Positions 44,770 to 54,880 of a stretch of 54,880 nucleotides of DNA are shown here, one piece after another (the stretch's first letter is position 1; the number at the start of each line of letters is the position of its first letter). Made by a program: the position numbers and the translations under genes. The stretch is from a virus (Duplodnaviria > Caudoviricetes). The stretch lies in IMG/VR virus record IMGVR_UViG_3300032323_001970, positions 1 through 54,880 of that record. One strand, written 5' to 3'. Below the pieces are notes generated by a model. The model did not search any database and was not told where the DNA came from. It worked only from the letters and a program-made list of their open reading frames with translations.

Positions 44770-45684
44770 ATGGCTGTCCCAATGCGCAGTACGGACTTTC
44801 GGTCCATCGTTGAGCCCATCCTGAACGAAGAGTTTGATGGCTTGTATAACCAACGCGCTGACGAGTGGAAACAAGTTTTCACCGAGCGTCAAGGTATCCC
44901 CCGTAACTACCACGAAGAACCCGTCCTGTACGGTTTCGGAGCGGCTCCTGAGTTGCCCGACGGCATGCCGGTGACCTACCAATCTGGTGGCGTCCTGTTC
45001 AATGCTCGTTACGTCTACAAGGTCTATGGTCTGGCTTTCGCCCTGACCAAGGTCCTGGTGGAAGACGGCGACCACATCTCAATCGGTCAGACTTATGCCA
45101 AACACCTGGCTCAGTCGCTGATTGAGACCAAGGAGACCCTGTGCGCCAACATCCTGAACCGCGCCTTCAACGGCTCGTATGCAGGTGGTGACGGCGTGTC
45201 GCTGGTTAACTCCGCGCACCCCATTGCTTCTGGCACATTCAGCAACGTGTTGACTACTGCAGCCAACCTGTCGCAGACCTCGCTTGAGCAGATGCTCATC
45301 CAAATCCGCAACGCCATTGACAACAACGGCAAGCGTATCCGTTTGACGCCTACCAAGCTGGTGCTGAGCCCTAGCAACGTGTTCCAAGGTGAAGTGCTGT
45401 TGAAGTCCGTCCTGCGCGCAGGCACTGGCAACAACGACATCAACCCGATCAACTCGATGGGCATGATTGACGGCGGCCAAGCCAACCTGTCTCGTCTGAC
45501 TTCTACCACTGCTTGGTGGGTGCAGACGGATGCTAAGGTCGGCCTGCAGCTGATGATGCGCCGTAAGCTTGAGAAGAGCATGGAAGGTGATTTCGAAACC
45601 GACTCTATGCGCTATAAAGCAACCGAGCGTTACATCCCTGGTTGGACTGATCCACGTACCGTCTACGGTACGCCTGGTCTGTAA
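44770..45684 (+). CDS. major capsid protein
   Basis: 304 aa, strong TAAGGAG RBS; GGDGVSL...HP, DFETDSMRYKATERY..GWTDPR; followed by terminator. Confidence 0.85.
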   Translation: MAVPMRSTDFRSIVEPILNEEFDGLYNQRADEWKQVFTERQGIPRNYHEEPVLYGFGAAPELPDGMPVTYQSGGVLFNARYVYKVYGLAFALTKVLVEDGDHISIGQTYAKHLAQSLIETKETLCANILNRAFNGSYAGGDGVSLVNSAHPIASGTFSNVLTTAANLSQTSLEQMLIQIRNAIDNNGKRIRLTPTKLVLSPSNVFQGEVLLKSVLRAGTGNNDINPINSMGMIDGGQANLSRLTSTTAWWVQTDAKVGLQLMMRRKLEKSMEGDFETDSMRYKATERYIPGWTDPRTVYGTPGL

Positions 45685-45694
45685 GAACCAAAAA

Positions 45695-45720
45695 CGAAAG
45701 GGGACTTCGGTCCCCTTTCG
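45695..45720 (+). terminator. terminator-like hairpin after MCP
   Basis: CGAAAGGGGAC-TTCG-GTCCCCTTTCG. Confidence 0.7.
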
Positions 45721-45760
45721 CCCATTTTTAATTTGTCAAGCTTTTCAAGGAGAAGACAAC

Positions 45761-46504
45761 ATGCCTCAATATTCTGATGACCTCTTCCTGGGTTCCGCCG
45801 TTACCAACATGGGTATGAACCTGGGCGATCCCTCGCCTATGTCCCAAGGCGTGGGCCCTCTTGGCCGCATCTACGTCTGGGACGTGGTGCCTCTGACCAA
45901 GCAAACCAACAACATCTCTGCCGCTGCTACCTACACGGGCGGTGGCACTGCAACTCTTGCTGCTGGTACCGGTACGACCGTCGCGACCACCGCATCCGGC
46001 ACCCGAGTGATTCAGCTCGACTGCCCCCGTGCTGTGAGCATCACCATTGGCGCAGGTACCATCACTGACCGCGCTGTGACCGTGACCGGTTTTGACGTGT
46101 ACGGCCAAGCCATGTCTGAAGTGATCCAGACCGGCACCACTCAGTCGACCACCGTGAACGGCAAGAAAGCCTTTTTCCAAGTGGCCAGCGTGACCGTGGC
46201 AAACACCGTCGGCGGTACCCTGGCTGTTGGCACCACCGACATCCTTGGCTCTCCCGTGCGCATCACTACTGCAGACTACGTTGCTCGTGTGGGCTGGGCT
46301 GGTGCACTGGCTGAAGACGCCGGCACCTTTGTGGCCGCTGTGACAACCACTGCCACTACGACTTCTGGCGACGTTCGCGGAACCTACGTGCCTTCGTCTG
46401 CGCCCAACGGAACACGTCGTTTGGTGATGGGTATTCTGCTGCCTGCATTGGCTGTTGGTCCTAACGCGACTCGCACCGGCGCGCTCGGCGTGACTCAGGC
46501 CTAA
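45761..46504 (+). CDS. virion structural protein
   Basis: 247 aa T/A/G/V-rich, AAGGAG RBS. Confidence 0.7.
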   Translation: MPQYSDDLFLGSAVTNMGMNLGDPSPMSQGVGPLGRIYVWDVVPLTKQTNNISAAATYTGGGTATLAAGTGTTVATTASGTRVIQLDCPRAVSITIGAGTITDRAVTVTGFDVYGQAMSEVIQTGTTQSTTVNGKKAFFQVASVTVANTVGGTLAVGTTDILGSPVRITTADYVARVGWAGALAEDAGTFVAAVTTTATTTSGDVRGTYVPSSAPNGTRRLVMGILLPALAVGPNATRTGALGVTQA

Positions 46505-46511
46505 TTAACCA

Positions 46512-46527
46512 GGGGGCTTCGGCCCCC
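46512..46527 (+). terminator. C(UUCG)G hairpin
   Basis: GGGGGC-TTCG-GCCCCC. Confidence 0.55.
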
Positions 46528-46546
46528 GTCTTTAGGAGACTGAATT

Positions 46547-47323
46547 ATGGGAGTTTATTCCTCAGTAACACGCCAAGGACAGTTTGAACCTTTTGGGCTT
46601 CAAGTGTCTCGTAGACAAATTGATGGCCATAGCACGGTCATCGTATTTGGTTATAACCCAGATGTGGATACATCTGAAGAAACCGTGTGGCCCGATGGCG
46701 GCACGATACCCCACCCAACATCTGCATCGGTTTTAAAGATTAGTTCATCTAGCACCAACGACGCGTCAGCTGGCACAGGCGCACGAACCGTTTTTATTGA
46801 AGGCGTAGACGGCAACTTTAATGTGGTGAGCGAGACCGTGATATTGAACGGTCAAACAGCGGTAAACACCACAAACTCTTACCTGTATGTGAATAGTTTC
46901 TACGTTGTTACAGTGGGCTCTGGCGGGGCAAATGCAGGCAACATCAATGCAGGCACGGGCACCGTGACGTCAGGTGTTCCAGCTGTCTTGTATGACATCA
47001 TTGCGACTGGCTACAACAACCGCACCACCGGTCATTACTGCGTTCCAGCAGGCTACACGGGCTATATGACTGAGGGCTTGTTCTCTTCTGGTCAAGCATC
47101 TGGTACCACGTCTGTTACAGGCTTCCTGAAACAACACGGACCTGACAACATCTTGCGTGTTGGTGCAGTGACCACGGTGAACAACAGTGCCGCTGTATTT
47201 ATGTTTGAAGCACCTTACGTGATTCCCGAAAAGAACTGTGTTGGCGCAACTGCGATTGGTGCAGCGGCAAACAACGCTGTGAGTTCGTATTTCAACATCA
47301 TCTTGATCAAGAATCCGGATTAA
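46547..47323 (+). CDS. virion structural protein (putative)
   Basis: 258 aa beta-rich; FGYNPDV, GTGART. Confidence 0.65.
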   Translation: MGVYSSVTRQGQFEPFGLQVSRRQIDGHSTVIVFGYNPDVDTSEETVWPDGGTIPHPTSASVLKISSSSTNDASAGTGARTVFIEGVDGNFNVVSETVILNGQTAVNTTNSYLYVNSFYVVTVGSGGANAGNINAGTGTVTSGVPAVLYDIIATGYNNRTTGHYCVPAGYTGYMTEGLFSSGQASGTTSVTGFLKQHGPDNILRVGAVTTVNNSAAVFMFEAPYVIPEKNCVGATAIGAAANNAVSSYFNIILIKNPD

Positions 47324-47326
47324 GCC

Positions 47327-47887
47327 ATGGCGAACTTAAAGATCACGGACTTACCTGCAGGCACTACGCTTGTTGGCACCGAGCTTTTTGAGTCGGTCCA
47401 ATCGGCTTCGTCAGTGAAGCTGTCTTCGGATCAAATCAGGAACTTTGTCAACGCAGCCCCAACGCTGCTTGCGGAGACTTCTAACACCAACACTCCGGCT
47501 ACTGCTGCGACCCTCTCGCACCAGACTTCCGGGATCCCTTCAGCTGGCATTGGTACAGGTCTTGATTTTGTTTGCAAAACGGCTGCTAGCAACACTGAAA
47601 TAGGGGCCAAGATCCAGGCCATCTCAACCAACGTTGGTTCTGGCACCGAGGCGTTTGACCTCCTCGTGCTGCTTATGACCGGCGGAGCTTCTCCAACGGA
47701 AGCTGCAAGGTTCAGAAGTTCTGGCAATTTTGGCATCAAGGGAAACACTCTCAACATCCCGATCACAAGGACTCCTGCATCGGCCGGAGCCCTTGGTACG
47801 ACGGGGGACATTTGTTGGGATTCGAACTTCATCTATGTCTGCGTAGCAACGGACACCTGGAAACGGGTGGCGATAGCAACATGGTAA
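47327..47887 (+). CDS. fibre-like structural protein
   Basis: KITDLP N-terminus; C-terminal GTTGDICWDSNFIYVCVATDTWKR. Confidence 0.65.
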   Translation: MANLKITDLPAGTTLVGTELFESVQSASSVKLSSDQIRNFVNAAPTLLAETSNTNTPATAATLSHQTSGIPSAGIGTGLDFVCKTAASNTEIGAKIQAISTNVGSGTEAFDLLVLLMTGGASPTEAARFRSSGNFGIKGNTLNIPITRTPASAGALGTTGDICWDSNFIYVCVATDTWKRVAIATW

Positions 47888-48192
47888 ACGACCACAAATT
47901 TGGAAAAGGCGGCGGCACCCTGTTTGTAGCAAAGGGTGGCGCTGTCTGGGCGCGCAAAGAGGGACAAAATCCTAAAGGCGGCTTGAACCAAAAAGGTCGG
48001 GACGCTTACAACAGACAAACCGGCGGCAACTTGAAGCCGCCTGTCTCTGCAAAGCAAGCAGCAAAGAGCCCCAAAGCCGCCGGACGCCGCAACAGTTTTT
48101 GCGCGCGGATGTCCGGTATGCCGGGTCCAATGAAAGACGACAAAGGCCAACCAACTAGGAAAGCCCTTGCCCTTAAAAAGTGGGATTGCTGA
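47881..48192 (+). CDS. small basic protein
   Basis: WARKEGQNPKGGLN...RRNSFCARM...KKWDC. Confidence 0.7.
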   Translation: MVNDHKFGKGGGTLFVAKGGAVWARKEGQNPKGGLNQKGRDAYNRQTGGNLKPPVSAKQAAKSPKAAGRRNSFCARMSGMPGPMKDDKGQPTRKALALKKWDC

Positions 48193-48193
48193 T

Positions 48194-48391
48194 ATGATGG
48201 GAAACAAGATGGCCTTCAAAGCTGGGGGCAAAGTAAAAGCACCTTGGGATAAACCAAGGCCAAAGGACCTACCAAAGCCTAAAAAACTGTCGTCGGCTGC
48301 AAAAGCTGGCGCGAAAGCTGCGGCAAAAGCGGCCGGACGCCCCTATCCCAATCTGGTAGACAACATGCGGGCAGCCGCAAAAAGGAACTGA
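48194..48391 (+). CDS. small basic protein
   Basis: FKAGGKV ... AGRPYPNLVDNM. Confidence 0.65.
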   Translation: MMGNKMAFKAGGKVKAPWDKPRPKDLPKPKKLSSAAKAGAKAAAKAAGRPYPNLVDNMRAAAKRN

Positions 48392-48392
48392 T

Positions 48393-49292
48393 ATGGGAAA
48401 AAATCTGAAATACGGCGAATTTTCATTTGCCCCGTCACCTGCTCGCCCCGCCGGGCGTGCGGTCTCAACTGCAAAGTCAACCAAAGGCATCCCGAAGGCC
48501 ATGTACGATGCACCGCACGCCATGAAAAAAGGCGGAATGTGCAAGTCCACTGATGCTTATGCTAAGGGCGGCCCAAAAATGCCAGCAAAACGCGAACCGG
48601 AAGCCATGGTTCGTAAGGAAGTGGCCCTTTTGCGCAAGGCAGGCGCCCCAAAGGCCCTGGTTCGCCACGAAGTGCGTGAAATGTCGGGCGAAATGGACAC
48701 TCCGGCCACCAAAAAAGCTGAAGTCGCCATGATGCGCAAGGCAAAAGCTCCCCTGACCATGCTGAAACATGAGATGTCGGAGCCAACCGGCATGAAAAAG
48801 GGCGGAGCCGCCAAGATGGACATGAAGATGGGCAAGGTCATGCGCGAGTACGGCCGCGGCGAGCTGCATTCTGGCTCAAAAACCGGCCCTGTCGTGGACA
48901 ATCCTAAGCAAGCCCTGGCAATTGCCTATTCTGAAGGCCGAAAAGCCAAGAAAATGAGTGAAGGCGGTCAAGCGATGACCGAAGGCGAACGGGCCAAGAT
49001 GGTTCAAGGAGCCGGTCTTACGGAAGGCGAACGGGCCCGCATGGCCCGCGGTCAATATGCAGCTGGAACTCGTTCCAAAATGGATGCCGAAGGCAAAGAA
49101 GTCAATAAGCAGGCCAAGAAGTTCGGCACCGAGACCCAAAAATACGCCAAAGGCGGCTCTGTCGAGGCAAAATTGAAAAAGCATGCTAGCATGCCTGCCA
49201 GCAAAGCCCACGGTTCCGGCGCAGTAGCCAAACTTGCAAAAGGTGGCGTGCCGTCGTTCTCCAGGGTGCCCAAATTTGGACAGATGAAGTAA
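48393..49292 (+). CDS. K/M/A-rich basic protein with repeated xxGG motifs
   Basis: 299 aa; six xxGG units; KVMREY..GELHSG...KQALAIA segment. Confidence 0.7.
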   Translation: MGKNLKYGEFSFAPSPARPAGRAVSTAKSTKGIPKAMYDAPHAMKKGGMCKSTDAYAKGGPKMPAKREPEAMVRKEVALLRKAGAPKALVRHEVREMSGEMDTPATKKAEVAMMRKAKAPLTMLKHEMSEPTGMKKGGAAKMDMKMGKVMREYGRGELHSGSKTGPVVDNPKQALAIAYSEGRKAKKMSEGGQAMTEGERAKMVQGAGLTEGERARMARGQYAAGTRSKMDAEGKEVNKQAKKFGTETQKYAKGGSVEAKLKKHASMPASKAHGSGAVAKLAKGGVPSFSRVPKFGQMK

Positions 49293-49358
49293 AATAAAAG
49301 CAATCCCCGGGTCTGCCACCTACGGCAAGCCGCAACTCAACAAATAGGAGCAGATTCG

Positions 49359-50351
49359 GTGGCAGTTTCAGGCACAGTCAGCATGACGGTTTTCGATACG
49401 CGTAAGGTCATTGACCACGCGTACCGTCGCTGCCGTATTCCTCCTGAAGGCATCTCGTCAGAGCAAATCAGTTTTGCTCTTGACACACTGTATCTGATTC
49501 TCAGCATGCTGGCCAATCGCGGCCTTCAGCTGTGGTGCATTCAGCGTTACTTGATGCCTCTCTATCAAGCGCAAGGCTTGATGACGTTGCCTAACGGCAT
49601 CGTTGACGTGCTCAACACCAACTTGCGCACGGTTGAAGTTGTCAACACAACTTCTATCAACACAACAACCTCAACCACCTACCAAACAATCTTCTCAACG
49701 GCGACGCAAGTTACGACTGTCGGGATTGAATGGTCAGGGGCTTCGACAGGTTATGCGCTAGAGACATCCTCAGATGGTGTCGTTTGGACCACGGTTGCAA
49801 CCGTAAGCAATCCAAATGCAGTTGCGAATGACGTAACATGGGTTGACATCCAGGGGTCCCTAGCGACCCTCTATTTCAGGGTGAGGGCCACTACCGGTAC
49901 GCTCAACCAAGCTCAAGTGCTGCTGGCCAACACGCCAAACGAGATCCCTATGGCTCGCTTGAATCGTGATGACTATGTCAACCTGCCCAACAAAGCGTTT
50001 GAAGGCCGTCCGCTGCAATTCTGGTGCGACCGTACGTTGAACAATCCGGTCTTGTATCTCTGGCCCGTACCGTCTGCTCAATTTGTTACTGCCCAAGTTG
50101 TTGTGTGGGTCAAGCGCTACATCATGGATGTTGGCATGATGACTCAAGAGATTGAAGTGCCCCAGCGCTGGTATGACGCCATCGTCTATTTGCTGGCTTC
50201 ACGCTTGGCCGAAGAGACTCCAACCGTAGATCCTCAGATGATCGCTATCTTGGACCAGAAGGCGCAACGTTCGCTGCTGGAAGCCGAGAACGAAGAACGC
50301 GACGATTCGCCGATTTATCTGACTCCCAACATTGCGGTGTACACGCGATGA
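49359..50351 (+). CDS. head-tail connector / tail tubular protein A-like
   Basis: GTG start, AGGAG RBS; NRGLQLW, LNRDDY.NLPNK...GRP, LYLWPVP. Confidence 0.65.
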   Translation: MAVSGTVSMTVFDTRKVIDHAYRRCRIPPEGISSEQISFALDTLYLILSMLANRGLQLWCIQRYLMPLYQAQGLMTLPNGIVDVLNTNLRTVEVVNTTSINTTTSTTYQTIFSTATQVTTVGIEWSGASTGYALETSSDGVVWTTVATVSNPNAVANDVTWVDIQGSLATLYFRVRATTGTLNQAQVLLANTPNEIPMARLNRDDYVNLPNKAFEGRPLQFWCDRTLNNPVLYLWPVPSAQFVTAQVVVWVKRYIMDVGMMTQEIEVPQRWYDAIVYLLASRLAEETPTVDPQMIAILDQKAQRSLLEAENEERDDSPIYLTPNIAVYTR

Positions 50352-50659
50352 GCATCTGGCTGGATACCCGAGGACGCAGCACGCTTGGCATTGCTGTTTG
50401 TGCTCGTTGCAGCCGCAAGATGAGCATTGACGAATTGTTCTCCGATCCAAACTCGCCCGGGCTGAGGGTGTGCCGCGAAGACCTCGATCAACTCGATCCG
50501 TACCGCCTGCCTGCTCGTCAGCCCGACAACATCACTTTGCCTTTTGTACGGCCGGACACCCCATTGAATAGCGATCCAGACGGCCTTGTCACAGAAGATG
50601 ACAACAGCTTCCTGATTAGCTCGAATAACGGCTATCTCTTCACGGATCCGCCGCAATGA
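50348..50659 (+). CDS. hypothetical tail-region protein with Cys motif
   Basis: AVCARCSRK...LRVC...DP..LP. Confidence 0.65.
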   Translation: MSIWLDTRGRSTLGIAVCARCSRKMSIDELFSDPNSPGLRVCREDLDQLDPYRLPARQPDNITLPFVRPDTPLNSDPDGLVTEDDNSFLISSNNGYLFTDPPQ

Positions 50660-52956
50660 CAACAGTTCCATCAAACCTTGTTCCAACGAAGATCAGCGAT
50701 CTTCCAGTGGCGCCTAATCCAACGTCGTCGGCTACGATGGTTTGCGTGATCGGCGGCATCACTTATCAGGTCCCATTCATTGATCTGCAATCGACCGTTT
50801 CGGTTCCAGCATCTCGCCTGATCAGTACGGGCGGAGGCCTGCAAGGCGGCGGGGATCTTTCGCAAGACCGTACCTTGAGCATTGCGACGGGCGGCGTGAC
50901 CAGCGACAAGCTTGCAAACAATGGCGTGGCAGCTGGTACGTATGGCTCTGGGACCACGATTCCCGTAGTCACAGTAGATGCCAAGGGACTGGTCACAAGT
51001 GTCTCTACGACCGCCCTAGTCATTTCTGGATATGTTCCCGACACCCGCCAAATCATTGCAGGCAGCGGTTTGACCGGCGGCGGTAACTTGCAGGCCGATC
51101 GGACGCTGTCCGTTGACTTTTCAGCAAATGCTCCGGCGGCCCTTGGAACAGCCTCGGCTGGATCTGCCGCGGCATCGTCTCGCGGTGACCACGTCCACCC
51201 GGCCCTTAACCTTGCAAACTTGACCGAATACACTGGCCTGCTTCCTTTGACGCGAGGCGGAACGGGGATGCAGGTCAACAACCTGACAGCTGGTTCGATT
51301 TGGTATAGCAACGGCAGCAACGGTTTCTTGCAGACAGCTCAAGGTATTGGCGGCCAAGTGCTAGTCTCCAACGGGGCTGCGGCTCCCTCTTGGGGATCTG
51401 CGCTTGTCGTGACTCCTCAGCCGGCCAATTACGTGTACGCAGGTCCTGCGTCTGGGGCTCCGGCTACAACAGCTTTCCGTTTGCTTGTGAATGACGACAT
51501 TCCAAGCACCTTGACCGGCAAGACAATAAGCGGAGCGCTCAACACGTTCAGCAACATTTCAAACGCTGCTTTGAGCAATAGTTCCATCAGCATTAACGGA
51601 AGCAGCGTCTCGCTTGGCGGCTCTATCGTGGTGACCGCCACGGCAACAAATGCCTTGACCATTGGCACAGGGTTGTCAGGAACCAGCTACAACGGCTCAA
51701 CCTCCGTGACCATCGAGATTGACAACACGGTTGCAACCCTGACGGGATCGCAAACCCTGACCAACAAGACAATCAACGGCAGCAGCAACACACTGAGCAA
51801 TATCGCAAACTCGTCGCTAACCAACAGCACGATTGTTTTGGGAACGACCACTATTGCCTTGGGTGGTACGTCACTTGCGCCCGCTGGCCTGACATCGGTC
51901 ACGGTGACCCAAGACCCTGTGTCCAATTTCCAGTTGGCCACCAAGCAGTACGTCGACACGCTTGTTTCTTCTGGCGTTCACTTCCATGAGCCAGTCCGTG
52001 TTGAATCGCCCATCAACCTAAATGCCACTTACAACAACGGGACTGCAGGTGTTGGCGCCACTTTGACTAACGCAGGGGCGCAGGCGGCTCTTGTCATTGA
52101 CGGCGTCACGGTAGCGGTAAATGACCGCGTCTTGGTGTACCAGCAAACAAACCAAACGCAAAACGGCGTGTACGTTGTGACGAACGTTGGTTCTGGCTCA
52201 ACTAACTGGGTCTTGACACGTTCTGCAGATACCAACACCTATGGGGTTGCTGGTCCAACCACCCTTAGTGAAGGTTCGACCTTTTTTGTTCAGCAGGGCA
52301 CGACAGGGGCAGGTGAAACTTATACTTGCAACACCGTTGGTACGATCGTGTTTGGCACGACCAACATCACGTTTGCCCAGATTGCAGCTGCCCAGATTTA
52401 TTCAGCCGGCACCGGCCTTACGCTGACAGGTACTCAGTTCAGCATCAACAATACGGCGGTAACCGCCGGATCTTACGGTTCGGCCACGCAAGTCGGCACG
52501 TTCTCTGTCAATGCTCAAGGCCAATTGACGGCTGCTGCAAATACTACGGTCACTCCAGCCGTTGGTTCCATCACCGGCTTGGGTACAGGCGTCGCCACGT
52601 TCCTTGCAACTCCGTCGTCTGCAAACCTTGCCGCGGCAGTTACAGACGAGACGGGTTCAGGCGCCCTTGTGTTTGCCACCTCGCCGACGCTGGTGACTCC
52701 TGCTCTTGGGACCCCGTCTTCTGGGGTATTGACAAATGCAACTGGCTTGCCTTTGACAACGGGGGTAACGGGAACCTTGCCAATTGCAAACGGTGGTACA
52801 AACGCTACGACCACTCCAACAGCTGGAGCTGTGGCCTATGGTACGGGCACGGCCTACGGCTTCAGCGCCGCCGGAACATCTGGCTATCTTTTAATCTCAG
52901 GGGGTACCGGTTCGCCCACCTGGACTGACACTATCCCTGGAGGAACTTACGCATGA
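50656..52956 (+). CDS. tail fibre protein
   Basis: 766 aa T/G/S-rich; [33 protein letters not shown], ends IPGGTYA. Confidence 0.85.
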   Translation: MTTVPSNLVPTKISDLPVAPNPTSSATMVCVIGGITYQVPFIDLQSTVSVPASRLISTGGGLQGGGDLSQDRTLSIATGGVTSDKLANNGVAAGTYGSGTTIPVVTVDAKGLVTSVSTTALVISGYVPDTRQIIAGSGLTGGGNLQADRTLSVDFSANAPAALGTASAGSAAASSRGDHVHPALNLANLTEYTGLLPLTRGGTGMQVNNLTAGSIWYSNGSNGFLQTAQGIGGQVLVSNGAAAPSWGSALVVTPQPANYVYAGPASGAPATTAFRLLVNDDIPSTLTGKTISGALNTFSNISNAALSNSSISINGSSVSLGGSIVVTATATNALTIGTGLSGTSYNGSTSVTIEIDNTVATLTGSQTLTNKTINGSSNTLSNIANSSLTNSTIVLGTTTIALGGTSLAPAGLTSVTVTQDPVSNFQLATKQYVDTLVSSGVHFHEPVRVESPINLNATYNNGTAGVGATLTNAGAQAALVIDGVTVAVNDRVLVYQQTNQTQNGVYVVTNVGSGSTNWVLTRSADTNTYGVAGPTTLSEGSTFFVQQGTTGAGETYTCNTVGTIVFGTTNITFAQIAAAQIYSAGTGLTLTGTQFSINNTAVTAGSYGSATQVGTFSVNAQGQLTAAANTTVTPAVGSITGLGTGVATFLATPSSANLAAAVTDETGSGALVFATSPTLVTPALGTPSSGVLTNATGLPLTTGVTGTLPIANGGTNATTTPTAGAVAYGTGTAYGFSAAGTSGYLLISGGTGSPTWTDTIPGGTYA

Positions 52957-54880
52957 CCACTATCCTGATTAAGAAAAAGGACACTGCAGGGGCTCCTGCT
53001 GCGGGCGACTTGACTAATGCAGCCGGCGGTACTGAAATCGCAGTCAACACGGCTACAAAGCGTATCTATACCAAGGACGCCGGCGGCAACGTTGTTGAGC
53101 TGGGCACCAACGCCTCTGCTTCAACGATTGACCAGCTGACCGTTACCACGTCGGCCACCTTGTCTTACGGAACCTCCACTCAGGTTCAGTTCCTCAACGG
53201 CTCCAAGGTCCTGACTGGTTCGGCCAACCTGACTTTTGACGGGACAAACCTGACCTTGGGCGGCGGCACCGCCAACGGCGTGGCCTACCTCAACGGCAGC
53301 AAGGTGCTGACCACGGGGTCTGCGCTGACGTTTGATGGGACGAATTTGGGGGTTGGTACCGCAAGTCCAATCTCTAATTCTTATCTTGATGTTGTTTCTG
53401 GCGCGGCAACTTATCCAAGAGTTAGAAGCACTGCCGCAACTGCGGCTGGCACTTATTACCAAAACAGTGCAAGCGGCACAACCAATACTGATGGCCTTTT
53501 TGTTGGGATTGATGGCTCTCTAAATGGTTATTTCTACAACTATGAAAATGCGCCTCTGATTTTCGGAGTAAACAACGCCGAACAAATGCGCCTGACCAGC
53601 ACAGGGCTGGGCATTGGGACGAGTTCGCCAATAAGCAAACTGCAAAGCGCATCCGCAGTTTCTGCCCTGACCAGCAACGCTGGTTTTAGCTCACTGCCGC
53701 TAACGGTAACTGACACCACAGCTTTGGCGGCGAATACGGGCGGCGGCATTAACTTCAATGCGGTAATCACGGCTGGCGGGGCTTACAACTCAATTGCTGC
53801 GATTAAAGCTGGGCGCAATGTTGCCACAGCGTCTGATTTCAATGGGTATCTGTCTTTCTATACTGGAAGCAACAGCACCGGATACCCTGTTGAGCGCATG
53901 CGCCTTGACTCCTCAGGCAACCTCGGCTTGGGGGTGACGCCGAGTGCGTGGGGTAATGAGTTTGCGGCGATCCAGCTTGGGTTCTCCGGGGCTATTGCCA
54001 GCTACAAGGCAGGCACTGCCTCAGAGTTCAACAACTACCTGAGCAACGCCTACAACGACAACACCAACTGGCGTTACATCCGAGACGGCGCGGCTACTCG
54101 TTATCAGCAAACAGAGTCAGCGCATCAATGGTTCACTTCTGCCTCCGGCACAGCAGGCAACGCCATCACCTTCACGCAGGCCATGACGTTGGATGCGAGT
54201 GGGAATTTGGGGTTGAGCATTACCAGCCCTACGGCAAAGCTGCACATCTACGAGCCGACAGCAGCAGCGACACGTATTCGTGTTCTGGCAAACGGTGGGC
54301 AGCAAGCTGCATTGCAGTTGGCAGGCAACGGCACCACGTTTGGCTCTACCAGCTTTGATGTGTTCCAAGACGGGGGCAGTGATGCCTACGTTGCAAACCG
54401 TGCCAATGCCTCGCTGCAATTCTGGACTAACAACACCGAACGCGCCCGCATCGACTCCTCAGGCAACCTTGGCCTAGGGGTTGCGCCGAGTGCTTGGAGA
54501 AGCACTGACAGGGTGTTGCAAGTAAACCGTGTTTCGTTGTACGACGAGAACGGCAACTCGATGTACTTGGGCCACAACTTCTTTGAGAACTCCAGCGGCC
54601 AGTACATATACCTGAACACTGACTTTGCCAGCTATTACCAGCAAATCGACAGTCAGCACCGCTGGTACACCGCACCTTCTGGCACAGCAGGCAACGTTAT
54701 CACTTTCACCCAAGCGATGACGCTGCTTCAGAACGGCAACCTTGGCATTGGGGTGACTTCGCCTGCTGCTCTATTGCACCTTTCATCGGGTTCTGGAACC
54801 AAAGCAATTTGGGGAACGACTCGTAACTTTACGGTCAATCGGAACTGGCAGGTGGCAGTTGATGAATATGCCGAGGGGCA
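52953..54880 (+). CDS. long tail fibre / receptor-binding protein, partial (runs off window)
   Basis: [10 protein letters not shown]...[15 protein letters not shown]-terminus; repeated [10 protein letters not shown] and [14 protein letters not shown] modules. Confidence 0.85.
   Translation, partial: MTTILIKKKDTAGAPAAGDLTNAAGGTEIAVNTATKRIYTKDAGGNVVELGTNASASTIDQLTVTTSATLSYGTSTQVQFLNGSKVLTGSANLTFDGTNLTLGGGTANGVAYLNGSKVLTTGSALTFDGTNLGVGTASPISNSYLDVVSGAATYPRVRSTAATAAGTYYQNSASGTTNTDGLFVGIDGSLNGYFYNYENAPLIFGVNNAEQMRLTSTGLGIGTSSPISKLQSASAVSALTSNAGFSSLPLTVTDTTALAANTGGGINFNAVITAGGAYNSIAAIKAGRNVATASDFNGYLSFYTGSNSTGYPVERMRLDSSGNLGLGVTPSAWGNEFAAIQLGFSGAIASYKAGTASEFNNYLSNAYNDNTNWRYIRDGAATRYQQTESAHQWFTSASGTAGNAITFTQAMTLDASGNLGLSITSPTAKLHIYEPTAAATRIRVLANGGQQAALQLAGNGTTFGSTSFDVFQDGGSDAYVANRANASLQFWTNNTERARIDSSGNLGLGVAPSAWRSTDRVLQVNRVSLYDENGNSMYLGHNFFENSSGQYIYLNTDFASYYQQIDSQHRWYTAPSGTAGNVITFTQAMTLLQNGNLGIGVTSPAALLHLSSGSGTKAIWGTTRNFTVNRNWQVAVDEYAEG

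Noticed and set aside
45569-45760. Upstream extension of ORF 45569-46504 suggesting a capsid frameshift fusion
   Set aside because: A good RBS and ATG exist at 45761 and a strong hairpin follows the MCP stop; no clear slippery site identified, so it is unsupported
53900-54730. Diversity-generating retroelement TR/VR pair in the tail fibre
   Set aside because: No reverse transcriptase in the window, and differences between repeats are not confined to adenines

Overview
This window looks like a near-complete, circularly permuted genome of a tailed dsDNA phage, probably podovirus-like. The same long tail-fibre gene appears to run off the right end (52953->) and finish at the left end (->135). 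Almost all genes are on the + strand. Gene order: tail-fibre accessories and lysis (147-2085); adaptor, tail and nozzle (2085-5800); an acyl-carrier-protein + beta-ketoacyl-synthase pair inside the tail operon (5800-7208); four large putative internal/ejection proteins (7666-18865); an early/replication block (19174-37060); then terminase, portal, GroES, scaffold, major capsid protein, small basic proteins and tail fibres (37372-54880). The early block contains a nucleotide-modification cassette (SAM methyltransferase, MazG-like NTP-PPase, dNMP kinase-UDG-like fusion, Asp-type thymidylate-synthase homologue, dCMP deaminase), PolA, nuclease, SSB, AEP primase, and UvrD and SNF2 helicases. Two related ~160-bp inverted-repeat elements bracket this block exactly. 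Best leads: the ACP/KS module in the virion operon, the probable cytosine-modification pathway, the paired palindromic elements, and a recurring xxGGx[VI] motif in candidate internal virion proteins. No integrase, RNA polymerase, tRNA or CRISPR array was recognised. All family assignments are by eye from motifs and synteny; no searches were run.
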